IMG/VR virus record: IMGVR_UViG_3300050821_010761
Coordinates: 40,808-104,807 of that record
DNA from: a virus
Taxonomy: Duplodnaviria; Heunggongvirae; Uroviricota; Caudoviricetes
Direction: 5' to 3' (one strand)
DNA: 64,000 bases
This document shows positions 45,018-54,089 of this stretch, piece by piece. The translations under genes were made by a program, and so were the position numbers. Below the pieces are notes generated by a model. It saw only the letters and a program-made list of their open reading frames with translations. It did no database searches and was not told the origin of the DNA. Each line of letters opens with the position of its first letter. Position 1 is the first letter of the stretch.

Positions 45018-47087
45018 TTATTCTTTGTCTTTTTTGAAAAAACTAGCTGCAAGACTTTTGTGGAAATCCAAGGACTTTTCCAGTTTCATGGATTTATTCA
45101 AAAGCATGGCTTGGCCAAATGCTCTTATCTCACCTTTAGTCATGTACGGCATGCGTGATTTCATGAAGGTTTCGAATTCTTCACGCTTTTCCCACTTATC
45201 GTACTCTTCTTCAACTCGCTTGTAAGCAGCTGATTTCTTAAGAGGGCGCTTCGGATGTTTCAACATTACTTCCGCAGTCTTCTTAGAATCGGGCCTATAA
45301 GTGCCTTGATCTATCTGACGTTGCAAGTGATCGATTTTCTTATCTTTTGGCATCCAATTAGGATCTTTTGAATCTTTTTCAAGACTTTCTTTAACCAAAG
45401 CAGCGCCGCCGACCAAACGATCAGGGGAACATAGTCCAGATCCAGCTTCCAGCGATTTATGCATGGTTTGTCTAGGTGCCTGCAAATTATTATGAAGCAT
45501 GTTATTGTTTGGGGCACCCGCTGCGGGAGTAGGATCCAAAACCTGTTTATTTGGAATACTCTGTCTTTGCTGATTTTGTGAAGATATATTAGAAGAGCTT
45601 CTATTGACTTTGTGCTTGTCCCAATGTCTTTTGCTATTATTTGGATAAGCTTCTTCTGCGCGTCTAGCTCTCTGTTGTTTCTGGTTTGCTTCTTTAGCGT
45701 TACTTTCTTCGCCTGGTCGTAGCGTTTCGGATTTTTTATAATCGACTTTACCGCTCATTCCTGGATCATGTAATTTGTCAGTCTTTGGAGAAGCATTTGG
45801 ATGTAAATTCGCGGATTTAGGTCTTGAATTACGCTTAATTTCGCGATCTTTCATGGAAATAGCAGCTGAACTATGCAAATTTGCTTTATCATTATGATGT
45901 CTAGCCATGGAAGGATTAGCATTAGCGGCCTTTTTATGCCAAGCGGCGGCTTCTTCATGTTCCTTAGCGTTAAATCCAGTTTCACTGACTTTTGCGTGGC
46001 TGTGTACATCCTTACCACTAGAAGTCGTCCCGATCTTAGAACCATTTGGAGTGGAAGGTGGAACAATTTTCAAAGCCTTTGACATATCCTCAGATTTTGG
46101 AAGGCTAGGTTTTGGCATTGAACGCATTTCTTTCAAAGTTTGACCATGAAGCTGCTTGGCTGAACCACCAATGTCTCTGATTACATTTGGATTAGTCGCG
46201 GATTCACCAATGGGTCCGCCATGAACTGGTTTATTGATACCTTTGTGGTGACTTACGTCTAAATTACCTTTATGTTTGGCCTGTGGATATGGAGATTCTT
46301 GAGAATTACCGTGACCCTTTGCCATTTTTTCAGTTCTAGCCATATCTGGTTCGGATTGCGTCATCATATTGGTAGGTGATATTGGGCCAGATCCGCTAAG
46401 ACCAGAAGATGAGCCGTAAGCCAAACCGCCAGCACCGACGTCTTTTTTCATCGGCTTTCTGAATAACTCTTTTGCCCGTTTGACCAAAGACTCTTTTTTT
46501 AGGAGATCCCAAAGACCTTCACTCTTATTCATCTTAACTACTTCAATTTCAACGTAATTTTCCGTTTTGAAAATATTATCAAGGTTGTCTTTTGGTTTTT
46601 TACCAGACGAAGGTACCATTTCGGCAACTGCTTGTTTATTACAAGGCAGTCCAGTGCAGGTGATTTTACGCGCAATAGAACGAACTATTGTATTACCTTG
46701 TTTCGATATGGTAGCACCTTCGACGCTGAACCCTATGATATCCTTAGCATTTTTGCCACGATGATCGAGGTCATAACGGAACAATCCAGCTACAGTCCTT
46801 GCAGAATCAGTGTAATCGTCAAACAATTCTCCAAGAACATATAGATAAGGAACCTGACACTTTTCCCAATAATACTTCTGACGATCATCCTCGCAATCCT
46901 TAACAGAGAAAATTTTTCTAGCTTTTAGGATCTTACCAACTAGTTGATCTGGCACGTCTTTTTTGTGCTCCCAGTTCAAACTTCCATCAATTTCGAGGCT
47001 ACTGATATCGAGACCTGCAATATCAACTATTTCGCCAGAAGAATCGATATTTTGGCTTGCGCCTATGCCGTCGACGTATGTCCCCAA
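45018..47087 (-). CDS. prohead protease (HK97-type) with long multi-segment C-terminal extension
   Basis: TTG start with GGGAG RBS; DSSGE, NWEH (His), GFSVEG (Ser), ITCTGLPCN in the first ~160 aa; ~500-aa low-complexity tail. Confidence 0.8.
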   Translation of the reverse strand: MGTYVDGIGASQNIDSSGEIVDIAGLDISSLEIDGSLNWEHKKDVPDQLVGKILKARKIFSVKDCEDDRQKYYWEKCQVPYLYVLGELFDDYTDSARTVAGLFRYDLDHRGKNAKDIIGFSVEGATISKQGNTIVRSIARKITCTGLPCNKQAVAEMVPSSGKKPKDNLDNIFKTENYVEIEVVKMNKSEGLWDLLKKESLVKRAKELFRKPMKKDVGAGGLAYGSSSGLSGSGPISPTNMMTQSEPDMARTEKMAKGHGNSQESPYPQAKHKGNLDVSHHKGINKPVHGGPIGESATNPNVIRDIGGSAKQLHGQTLKEMRSMPKPSLPKSEDMSKALKIVPPSTPNGSKIGTTSSGKDVHSHAKVSETGFNAKEHEEAAAWHKKAANANPSMARHHNDKANLHSSAAISMKDREIKRNSRPKSANLHPNASPKTDKLHDPGMSGKVDYKKSETLRPGEESNAKEANQKQQRARRAEEAYPNNSKRHWDKHKVNRSSSNISSQNQQRQSIPNKQVLDPTPAAGAPNNNMLHNNLQAPRQTMHKSLEAGSGLCSPDRLVGGAALVKESLEKDSKDPNWMPKDKKIDHLQRQIDQGTYRPDSKKTAEVMLKHPKRPLKKSAAYKRVEEEYDKWEKREEFETFMKSRMPYMTKGEIRAFGQAMLLNKSMKLEKSLDFHKSLAASFFKKDKE

Positions 47088-47114
47088 GTTAAGCTCCCTT
47101 TAGTAGATATCACT

Positions 47115-47122
47115 AAAGATTG
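47115..47122 (-). promoter_or_regulatory. candidate late promoter motif YAATCTTW
   Basis: CAATCTTT; AATCTT ends 28 nt before the protease start. Confidence 0.5.
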
Positions 47123-47293
47123 CTTTTATTGCCCTATATCACACACTTGAAAATAGTACAATTTGCAGTTTTGGACGTTTAGACAAGTTAACTACTTGAA
47201 ATAAGACATTTTTTTCTAGAGTATTAATTGTTTATAGTACAATCGAACGTTTATCGATTTTAGTAAAACGAACCTTTTAAAAGGAGAATTAAT

Positions 47294-47794
47294 ATGTATA
47301 GCAACGCAAAATGCTTGGCTCTCATCCGAGATCTTGCTGATCGACTGAATGTTCGGCTTGCAGCCAATGCTTCGAGTGGCACTCTTATCAACACCGTAGT
47401 TGAAGGTTTTTGGACCCAGACTCTTGCTGATGGTAATACTGCTCAATGGCCGTATCTGATCTGCTACAACTCAACTCTTGGAACTGGCGAAGGCGAACCC
47501 GTTGTTCAAATCCAACTTTCTGACGTTGACGCTGTTTCTAAAGACATCTTCGGTAACTCGACTTATGCTTATGCTCCTACTCTCTTGCAATTTGCTTATG
47601 AGTTAAACGCCACTGGCGGATCGACTCCTGCTCACGCAGACTTGGCAAACATTCAATTTGAAGCACAAACTATCGGCGCTGAATGGCAATTGATCGAAAT
47701 TGCACACGGAACTGCTGTTAGCTCTGCTGCAATTGCTGCTGCTACTCCTGTTGTTGATATTCAACCTCTTTACTGGCCAACTAAGTCCGTCTAA
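47294..47794 (+). CDS. head-associated structural protein
   Basis: 166 aa, Ala/Thr-rich, GGAG RBS, upstream of scaffold. Confidence 0.7.
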   Translation: MYSNAKCLALIRDLADRLNVRLAANASSGTLINTVVEGFWTQTLADGNTAQWPYLICYNSTLGTGEGEPVVQIQLSDVDAVSKDIFGNSTYAYAPTLLQFAYELNATGGSTPAHADLANIQFEAQTIGAEWQLIEIAHGTAVSSAAIAAATPVVDIQPLYWPTKSV

Positions 47795-47823
47795 TAACTT
47801 TAAACGGAATCTTAGGAGGAAAA

Positions 47824-48912
47824 ATGCAGTACACAGAAACCGAGCTAGCAAAGCTCATCGAGACCGTGGAACAAGAATTCACGACTCATTTGAACAAAGC
47901 AGAAGTTGCCCATAGTGCAGCTTTGGCTAAGTCCGAAGTTTCTGCGTCTGGCACCTTGGCTAAAGCTGAAGACTCTAAACCGCCTAAAAAGGAAGAGTCT
48001 GCACCTAAAGAGGAGAAGGAATCAAATCCTTCCGAATCTGAAGCTGCACCTGAGGAGCACAATCAAGCTCCTAATATGGAAGCCGAAGCTGAACAACCTG
48101 CTGCGCCAGCCCCTGCTGCCGCCGCCGCTGGACACGGATACGACGACGAAGACATGGCTCATATGTTGAAAATGTATCAGTCAATGTCACGAGAAGAACT
48201 GCTTGCACACCACGATTGTGTGCGTCAATGCCTGGATGCAATGGGTGGCGAACAAGCTCCTGCTGAACCTGGTTTGGATAAATGTGGTCCTATGTCAATG
48301 GGCAAATCTGAGATCGAGGATGAAAATCCTGTTCTCAACTCGAAACCAAAAGCTGGTGGCGAGAACATGAACAATGACAAAAAGAATGGTGGCATTGAAA
48401 AAGCTCCCCCACACGACGCTCCTGGCGCTAAATCGGCTGCGAGTAATGCTAATGGTGCGAAGATTAACAAATCTGAGCATGACCGAAGAAATGGCGGAAA
48501 AATTGAAGGTCAGGCTCCAGGCAAAATCCCTGGCGCAAAATCTCCTGCTAGCAAAGCGGAAGGAATGCAAATGGAAAAGTCGGAAAACATGGAAATCGAA
48601 TTGCTCAAATCTGAACTGGAAGCCGAAAAAGCTTCGAATGCAGAACTGAAAAAGAGCTTCGATAAGGCAACTGAAATTTTGACTACTTTGGTCAAAAAAG
48701 TTGTCCCACAAGGAAAAGCAATCACTGAACTCGCTGTCATCGAAAAAAGCGAAGGCAATGAAGAAGTGAAAGAACTTTCTAAGTCAGAAGTCACACAGAT
48801 CCTGATGAAGAAAGACCAAACGAAATTGACACCAGCAGACAGAGAAGCAATCAACTCTTTCTATCTTGGTTCGTCTGATTTAAAAACTATTAGCCACCTG
48901 CTTAAGAATTAA
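47824..48912 (+). CDS. capsid scaffold-like protein
   Basis: Acidic low-complexity protein with coiled coil and about 12 hydrophobic-x-K-(S/A) motifs; directly before the capsid gene. Confidence 0.75.
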   Translation: MQYTETELAKLIETVEQEFTTHLNKAEVAHSAALAKSEVSASGTLAKAEDSKPPKKEESAPKEEKESNPSESEAAPEEHNQAPNMEAEAEQPAAPAPAAAAAGHGYDDEDMAHMLKMYQSMSREELLAHHDCVRQCLDAMGGEQAPAEPGLDKCGPMSMGKSEIEDENPVLNSKPKAGGENMNNDKKNGGIEKAPPHDAPGAKSAASNANGAKINKSEHDRRNGGKIEGQAPGKIPGAKSPASKAEGMQMEKSENMEIELLKSELEAEKASNAELKKSFDKATEILTTLVKKVVPQGKAITELAVIEKSEGNEEVKELSKSEVTQILMKKDQTKLTPADREAINSFYLGSSDLKTISHLLKN

Positions 48913-48934
48913 GCAGCGGTAAAGGAGAAATAAA

Positions 48935-50335
48935 ATGATTGAACAACTTCAGTCACTCATGAAAGCGTTGGAAGCAGGTAGTTATCTTGCATCTCCAGAT
49001 CGGCTAGTTCAGGGTGCAGCCCTAATGATCGAGGATATGTCGCCTGTGATGCAAAACGTCACCTTTGACGATTCTCATATCAAATTGCAAAAGATGCTCC
49101 CGTCGAAAGATGTTAAGAGCCAATTGCATCAGTTTAACCGTCAGCTCGACTATGGTATCTTCGGTGGGTCTGCCCAGTTCGAAGGTGGCATCGGCGAAGA
49201 AGACACTAGCAACTACGTCCGTGCAGTTGTGCCGATGGCATACTACAGCACGACTCGACGTGTAACTGTTGCGTCTAACATGATCGGAGCATTCGACGGT
49301 GTAAAAGCTGAAGACCGCGCCGCTGCTGACGCTGCAATGAAACTCGCTGGCGATATCGAATTTGACTCCTTCCGTGGACAAGCAGATTTCTCTAACGCTG
49401 GTGTTTTCAACGGTAACCCCCTTGCTGTTGCAAAAGTTCCGAACATGATTGGTGTTGACCAACAGGTTCGTCAGTCGGACGCTCAGTCCAACACACAAGA
49501 CTTGATGTTCGCAGAATTTGGTTCAGACCAAACTGTTGTTCTGTCGGTCGGTGGAACTCTCACTCAGTCGATCATCGAAGATAGCTCGGTCCGTTCAGCA
49601 ATGAACATGGGCGCAGCTGATCGTTTGATCCTGGATCCGATCTCGTTGTCGGCTTATAACAAGATCGCCCACGCCAAAGAACGTATTATGTTGGCTGGTT
49701 CGGCTCAAGAAGCTACTGGCGCTCACTTGCGTACTCAGTGGACTTCGTCTGCAATCGTTAGCTTGGAAGCTTCGCGTTTCTTGTCTGGAAAAACTCGTCC
49801 AGCACGTGCTCGCGGTGGTTCTCCTGCTGCTCCTGCTGCTCCTGCTTTGGCAGACGCTGGTGCCGCTGGCTCTCTCTTGCAAGCTGGTACTTACTGGTAC
49901 TACGTTACTTCTGTTTCGATGCGCGGCGAATCGTTCCCGTCTCCCGCTGCTTCAGTACCCGTTACTGCTGCTGGCGACCAAGTAAACGTTACAATCACTG
50001 CAGTGTCAGGCGCTCAGTATTACAACGTGTATCGTTCAGGTGCTGGTGGATCTGCGGCTTCCGCAAAATTCATCGGTCGTATCGCCCAGAACAACGGCAA
50101 CCCGATCTTCGTCGATCTTGGTAACCGTCAACCTGGTTCGGTCACTGGATTCTTGATCCAAGGCAACACGATGGGCTTTGCTCAATTAGCTCCTTACAGC
50201 AAATTAAAACTTGCAGTAAATGATTTAAGTTTGCCCGAGGCGCACTTTAGGTTCCTTAGTTTGGCCATGTACCAACCACGTAAAAACGTTCTCTTGGAGA
50301 ACATTACTGGTCAGCTGATTCCTGGTGGCGGCTAA
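48935..50335 (+). CDS. major capsid protein (SPO1/Herelleviridae-like)
   Basis: N-arm KALEAG...GAALMIED; LAGDIEFDSFRG; Ig/Fn3-like insertion GTYWYYVT...YNVYR; AT3/C3 codon bias of a highly expressed gene; strong terminator after. Confidence 0.92.
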   Translation: MIEQLQSLMKALEAGSYLASPDRLVQGAALMIEDMSPVMQNVTFDDSHIKLQKMLPSKDVKSQLHQFNRQLDYGIFGGSAQFEGGIGEEDTSNYVRAVVPMAYYSTTRRVTVASNMIGAFDGVKAEDRAAADAAMKLAGDIEFDSFRGQADFSNAGVFNGNPLAVAKVPNMIGVDQQVRQSDAQSNTQDLMFAEFGSDQTVVLSVGGTLTQSIIEDSSVRSAMNMGAADRLILDPISLSAYNKIAHAKERIMLAGSAQEATGAHLRTQWTSSAIVSLEASRFLSGKTRPARARGGSPAAPAAPALADAGAAGSLLQAGTYWYYVTSVSMRGESFPSPAASVPVTAAGDQVNVTITAVSGAQYYNVYRSGAGGSAASAKFIGRIAQNNGNPIFVDLGNRQPGSVTGFLIQGNTMGFAQLAPYSKLKLAVNDLSLPEAHFRFLSLAMYQPRKNVLLENITGQLIPGGG

Positions 50336-50363
50336 TAAGTAGCTGAAATTATAAGTTAATTTT

Positions 50364-50396
50364 AAAAAGGCTGAAAGTTCTCTTTCAGCCTTTTTT
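50364..50396 (+). terminator. rho-independent terminator (bidirectional)
   Basis: AAAAAGGCTGAAAG-TTCT-CTTTCAGCCTTTTTT. Confidence 0.9.
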
Positions 50397-50409
50397 ATTT
50401 CTTTTTTGC

Positions 50410-50438
50410 TTGACATCATCGTACAATTAAGGTAACGT
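50410..50438 (+). promoter_or_regulatory. sigma70-type promoter TTGACA-17-TAACGT
   Basis: Hexamers upstream of a GGAG RBS. Confidence 0.7.
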
Positions 50439-50457
50439 TGGGTTATGGAGAGCAAAA

Positions 50458-51996
50458 ATGCCAAACAAATCAAAAATAGTCGGTGAGATAGAAGTAAAAG
50501 TTAGAGAAATGTGCGAAAAGGGATACAATCCAACGCACATTGGCAAACAAGTAGGACTAGCAAAGGATACGATCAAGTCCTGGGCTAATAAAAACGGGAT
50601 CGTTCTTAGTAATAGGCTAAGCAGTAAAATAATAGACTTAGAGCCAAAAATAATCGAGCTTTTAAAAAACGGCGTTTCCAGAAAACAGATTCAGACTCAA
50701 TTACATGTTCATTATGATCAAGTTACAGAGATCTCTCTACGCCATGGCATCAAAATTAAAGATCAACTTGAAGCAGCTATAGACAAAACTATCTCTTTAG
50801 AGGAAGCCCAAAAAAGGCTCCCACCAGATGGCAGCCAAGTCATTGGCTACGATCAACAGAAAAATAAGTACATTATTAAGGCTTTAGACGGCTTTATTTA
50901 TCATAAATCATCTGCCAAAATCAAACAGGGAGATCCTCGCGGCAAGAGTGGTACCCCCTTAACCATAGAAAATGTTAAGGAACAATTGGTTAAGCTTGGC
51001 TACGAGTATGTTGAAGGTTTTACAATCAAAAGAAAACCATTAAAGGCTAAACATCTAAAATGTGGGCAAATTAGAGAGAATAGGCTTGAGAATTTTTATT
51101 TTCAAGATTGTCCAACGTGTTCTAATACTGGAACGTCTAAAGCAGAATTGGAATTACTTGAATGGGTTAGAACGTTCTATCCTAGCGCTCACAAGTACAA
51201 GTTTCAGGAACGTATAACTAAGCCAAAGGAGATTGACATTTACATACCAGAACTGAAGCTAGGCATAGAATATTGTGGACTTTACTTTCATTCTGAAAAA
51301 ATAGAGAATGCTGGAGAAAGTAAACATTACAAAAAGATGTTGGCAGCCAATGAAATTGGCATTCGTTTGATCACCATTTTTGAAAATGAGTGGTTGAACA
51401 AGCGCGATCAGATAAAGGGTTTTCTTATCTCCATCTTTAAAAGAAACGAGCGTATCGTTTATGCCAGAGACTGCAAAGTAGTCGAATTGGATTGTGACGT
51501 AGCTAACGCTTTCTTAAATGAAACTCACATACAGGGAAAAACCACTAATAATGGCATTTTCTATGGACTAGTTTATGAGGGAGAATTGCTAGCTGTGGTA
51601 AATGGCGGCATGCATCCACAAAAAGCTCAAAAAAGCGATACCCTTTATCTAAATCGATTGGCGTTCAAATTTAACACTACGGTAGTTGGAGGCTCTTCTA
51701 GATTATTCTCATATCTTGTAAAATATGCAAAAAGTAATAATTATAATAAAATCATCTCATGGTCTGACAATAGGTGGTCTGAAGGGAATGTTTATAGTAC
51801 TCTCGGATTCACATTCGATTCGCAAAAACTTAAAGGTCGCGGTTTAAGAGATGGCTCTATTTGGCCTGAATTTTATTACTGTTTTATGGGAAGCATATAT
51901 ACAAAAAAGGGTGTGAAAAAACTTCAACTCGATACAACCATGTTGCCTAAAGTCTATGATTGTGGCAAAAAACGCTGGATCTTCAATATTCCATGA
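50458..51996 (+). CDS. homing endonuclease-like protein (Vsr-like domain plus GNAT-like C-terminus, Hef-like)
   Basis: Two N-terminal HTHs; CPTC; EIDIYIPELKLGIEYCGLYFHS...LITIFENEW; C-terminal VVGGSSRLF...SWSDNRWSEGNVY...YDCG. Confidence 0.7.
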   Translation: MPNKSKIVGEIEVKVREMCEKGYNPTHIGKQVGLAKDTIKSWANKNGIVLSNRLSSKIIDLEPKIIELLKNGVSRKQIQTQLHVHYDQVTEISLRHGIKIKDQLEAAIDKTISLEEAQKRLPPDGSQVIGYDQQKNKYIIKALDGFIYHKSSAKIKQGDPRGKSGTPLTIENVKEQLVKLGYEYVEGFTIKRKPLKAKHLKCGQIRENRLENFYFQDCPTCSNTGTSKAELELLEWVRTFYPSAHKYKFQERITKPKEIDIYIPELKLGIEYCGLYFHSEKIENAGESKHYKKMLAANEIGIRLITIFENEWLNKRDQIKGFLISIFKRNERIVYARDCKVVELDCDVANAFLNETHIQGKTTNNGIFYGLVYEGELLAVVNGGMHPQKAQKSDTLYLNRLAFKFNTTVVGGSSRLFSYLVKYAKSNNYNKIISWSDNRWSEGNVYSTLGFTFDSQKLKGRGLRDGSIWPEFYYCFMGSIYTKKGVKKLQLDTTMLPKVYDCGKKRWIFNIP

Positions 51997-52022
51997 TAGA
52001 AGTCTTTATCCATGGAGGACTT

Positions 52023-52829
52023 ATGTCTGACGATACTATAGAAGCGAGCGAAAACGAGGCGCCACCAGCAGTCGGTCAAATTCTGCGAGTAGAAAAAGAG
52101 GAGATTCTTTACAAAAAATACTTGACACCTAAAGCTCTAGCTTGTATGGATGGCAAACAGGCAAAAACACTAGTTGCAGTTGAGGAAGATGGAAAATGCT
52201 ACAGAGCTATTTTCTTCTCCGTTCTTATCCGCAAAGGAAACACGGAAAAAGGTGTAAAGGTAATTGCAAAGATTATAAACGAACTAGCAGAGGAAGGGCT
52301 GATTCATTCAATTTTATCGCCCATTAGTTCCTTGACACTAGCTAAGCAGCTGATGGTATTTGACCAAGCCGCAGTTTTCTGCTTCCCGTTGGTACCAGCT
52401 GATAAGCACGATGAAATAACGAAAAGGTACAATAAGATAGCGGTACCAGAAGGTGGAATAGGGGAATCTGTCGACGATTTTCGCTTACCTCTTGAAGATG
52501 GTGAATTCGTGACGGCACTATATGTGATGCCCGATCTAAATGCAGCTTGTACTAGGGAAGAAATGGACCTACTAGTACAAAAAGAAATTGATTCCTATCT
52601 ATCCGTCCTCCCAAAGGGAACCGTAGTCAGAGACATCGTCCCGTGTGCTATAGCCTCTTTAGCTTTGCCATACGAGGTTCATTTTTACAATCCACTGATG
52701 AAGAAAGTGAAATCCGTTTCCTTGGATTATGTTAGATGCATAGAGCGAGTGGAAGGAAAACTAGAAGAGTTCAATCTATTGACTGGAATTAAGTATTTCG
52801 ATATTGATAAAAAAGAACTTTTCAAGTAA
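52023..52829 (+). CDS. hypothetical protein
   Basis: Start reassigned to MSDDTI after a GGAGG RBS. Confidence 0.7.
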   Translation: MSDDTIEASENEAPPAVGQILRVEKEEILYKKYLTPKALACMDGKQAKTLVAVEEDGKCYRAIFFSVLIRKGNTEKGVKVIAKIINELAEEGLIHSILSPISSLTLAKQLMVFDQAAVFCFPLVPADKHDEITKRYNKIAVPEGGIGESVDDFRLPLEDGEFVTALYVMPDLNAACTREEMDLLVQKEIDSYLSVLPKGTVVRDIVPCAIASLALPYEVHFYNPLMKKVKSVSLDYVRCIERVEGKLEEFNLLTGIKYFDIDKKELFK

Positions 52830-52832
52830 AAT
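52804..52832 (+). promoter_or_regulatory. sigma70-type promoter TTGATA-17-TAAAAT, probably leaderless
   Basis: ATG 5 nt after the -10 box; no SD. Confidence 0.55.
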
Positions 52833-52837
52833 GTACT

Positions 52838-53533
52838 ATGGAAAAACTGATCATCGACCTCCTTTCTGATACTCACAATCAGCATGAAAAATTTACATGC
52901 GATGGTGGTGACATTCTTTTGCACGCTGGCGACGCTTCTTTGCGCGGATCCGAAGTTGAAATTCTTACATTTTTAGATTGGTTTGCAAAACAGGATTATT
53001 CTTATTTAATATTTGTCCCTGGAAATCACGATTGGTTTGCGGAAAGAATGCCAGTAAGAATGGCCGAAGAGTGTCAAAAACGCAACATCATTCTCCTCAA
53101 TGACTCAGGCGTTGAGATCGAAGGTATAAAGGTTTGGGGTTCGGCAATTCAGCCCTGGTTCCATAATTGGGCCTTTAATCGTTTGCGTGGCGACGACATT
53201 AAGCACCATTGGGACATGATTCCTGAAGATACCGAGATTTTGATCACCCACGGGCCGCCAGCTGGTATCCTGGATACTGTTGCCTTTGTCAATGGTAATC
53301 CTAAAGAAGGCGCTGGATGCAAGGATTTATTAGATAAGATACTGAAAACACAAGTAAAACTGCACATTTTTGGTCACATTCACGAGGCTAGAGGCATACA
53401 CTACGTTGGTCCTAGCACATTTGTAAATGCTTCATGCTTGGATAGGATGTATTATCCTGCTAGTAAAAGACCAATTCGTACTACTAGAGAACTCGTACAG
53501 GACGGCAGTATAGTCTATCTAGCCGAAGAATAA
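52838..53533 (+). CDS. metallophosphoesterase (MPPED/Rv0805-like)
   Basis: SDTH, HAGD, PGNHD, ITHGPP, FGHIHE. Confidence 0.9.
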   Translation: MEKLIIDLLSDTHNQHEKFTCDGGDILLHAGDASLRGSEVEILTFLDWFAKQDYSYLIFVPGNHDWFAERMPVRMAEECQKRNIILLNDSGVEIEGIKVWGSAIQPWFHNWAFNRLRGDDIKHHWDMIPEDTEILITHGPPAGILDTVAFVNGNPKEGAGCKDLLDKILKTQVKLHIFGHIHEARGIHYVGPSTFVNASCLDRMYYPASKRPIRTTRELVQDGSIVYLAEE

Positions 53534-53541
53534 TAATCTTA
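53534..53541 (+). promoter_or_regulatory. candidate late promoter motif YAATCTTW
   Basis: TAATCTTA; AATCTT ends 47 nt before the ATG. Confidence 0.4.
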
Positions 53542-53587
53542 TTCGTATTCCCTGCATAAGCAGGTTAAACCTAAAGGAGTATAAAAT

Positions 53588-54046
53588 ATGGGATTACTAA
53601 ATACAACGATCAAAAGGCTTATTATCGCCTTGTCTGGTCAAAAAGCTGGCAATAACGTTGCTGGAGCAATCGGCCTATACGGTGGCGCACGTATTAATGC
53701 AAGCGCTGATACGGTAGAATATTCTGTTGGCGACGTTTCGGTAGCATTAGATTCTGGTGGAGCACCATGCACATACAGAGTTTTCTTTCCAAATGCAAAC
53801 AAAAACATTCAATCTATCGACTGGATTGATGTGAAAGGTTTCACTCCCAGGGCACCAAGTGGAGTAGAGACTCTTGACGCATTGGTGTGCGGATACAATT
53901 ACGACACGACTCTTAATCAGTGGTATGTTACTGTTCAAATCGTAACATATGGAACTGGAGCGGCTGTTACCGAAGTAACTTCGGCTGGATACGTTCTTGG
54001 TATCAGAGTGGCAGTTACTTATCTTCCTAGTGCCAACGCACTGTAA
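53588..54046 (+). CDS. probable virion structural protein
   Basis: 152 aa beta-rich, monocistronic with late motif and terminator. Confidence 0.65.
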   Translation: MGLLNTTIKRLIIALSGQKAGNNVAGAIGLYGGARINASADTVEYSVGDVSVALDSGGAPCTYRVFFPNANKNIQSIDWIDVKGFTPRAPSGVETLDALVCGYNYDTTLNQWYVTVQIVTYGTGAAVTEVTSAGYVLGIRVAVTYLPSANAL

Positions 54047-54061
54047 TATAAAAGATTTTTT

Positions 54062-54087
54062 AAAGGCCCTGTTTCGGGGCCTTTTTT
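54062..54087. terminator. bidirectional rho-independent terminator
   Basis: AAAGGCCC-TGTTTCG-GGGCCTTTTTT between convergent genes. Confidence 0.85.
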
Positions 54088-54089
54088 AT

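Noticed and set aside
47808-47813. AATCTT before the scaffold gene as a late promoter
   Set aside because: Only 10 nt from the ATG and overlapping the RBS. The AATCTT copies at 44022 and 55540 are better explained as sigma70 -10 boxes (TAATCT).
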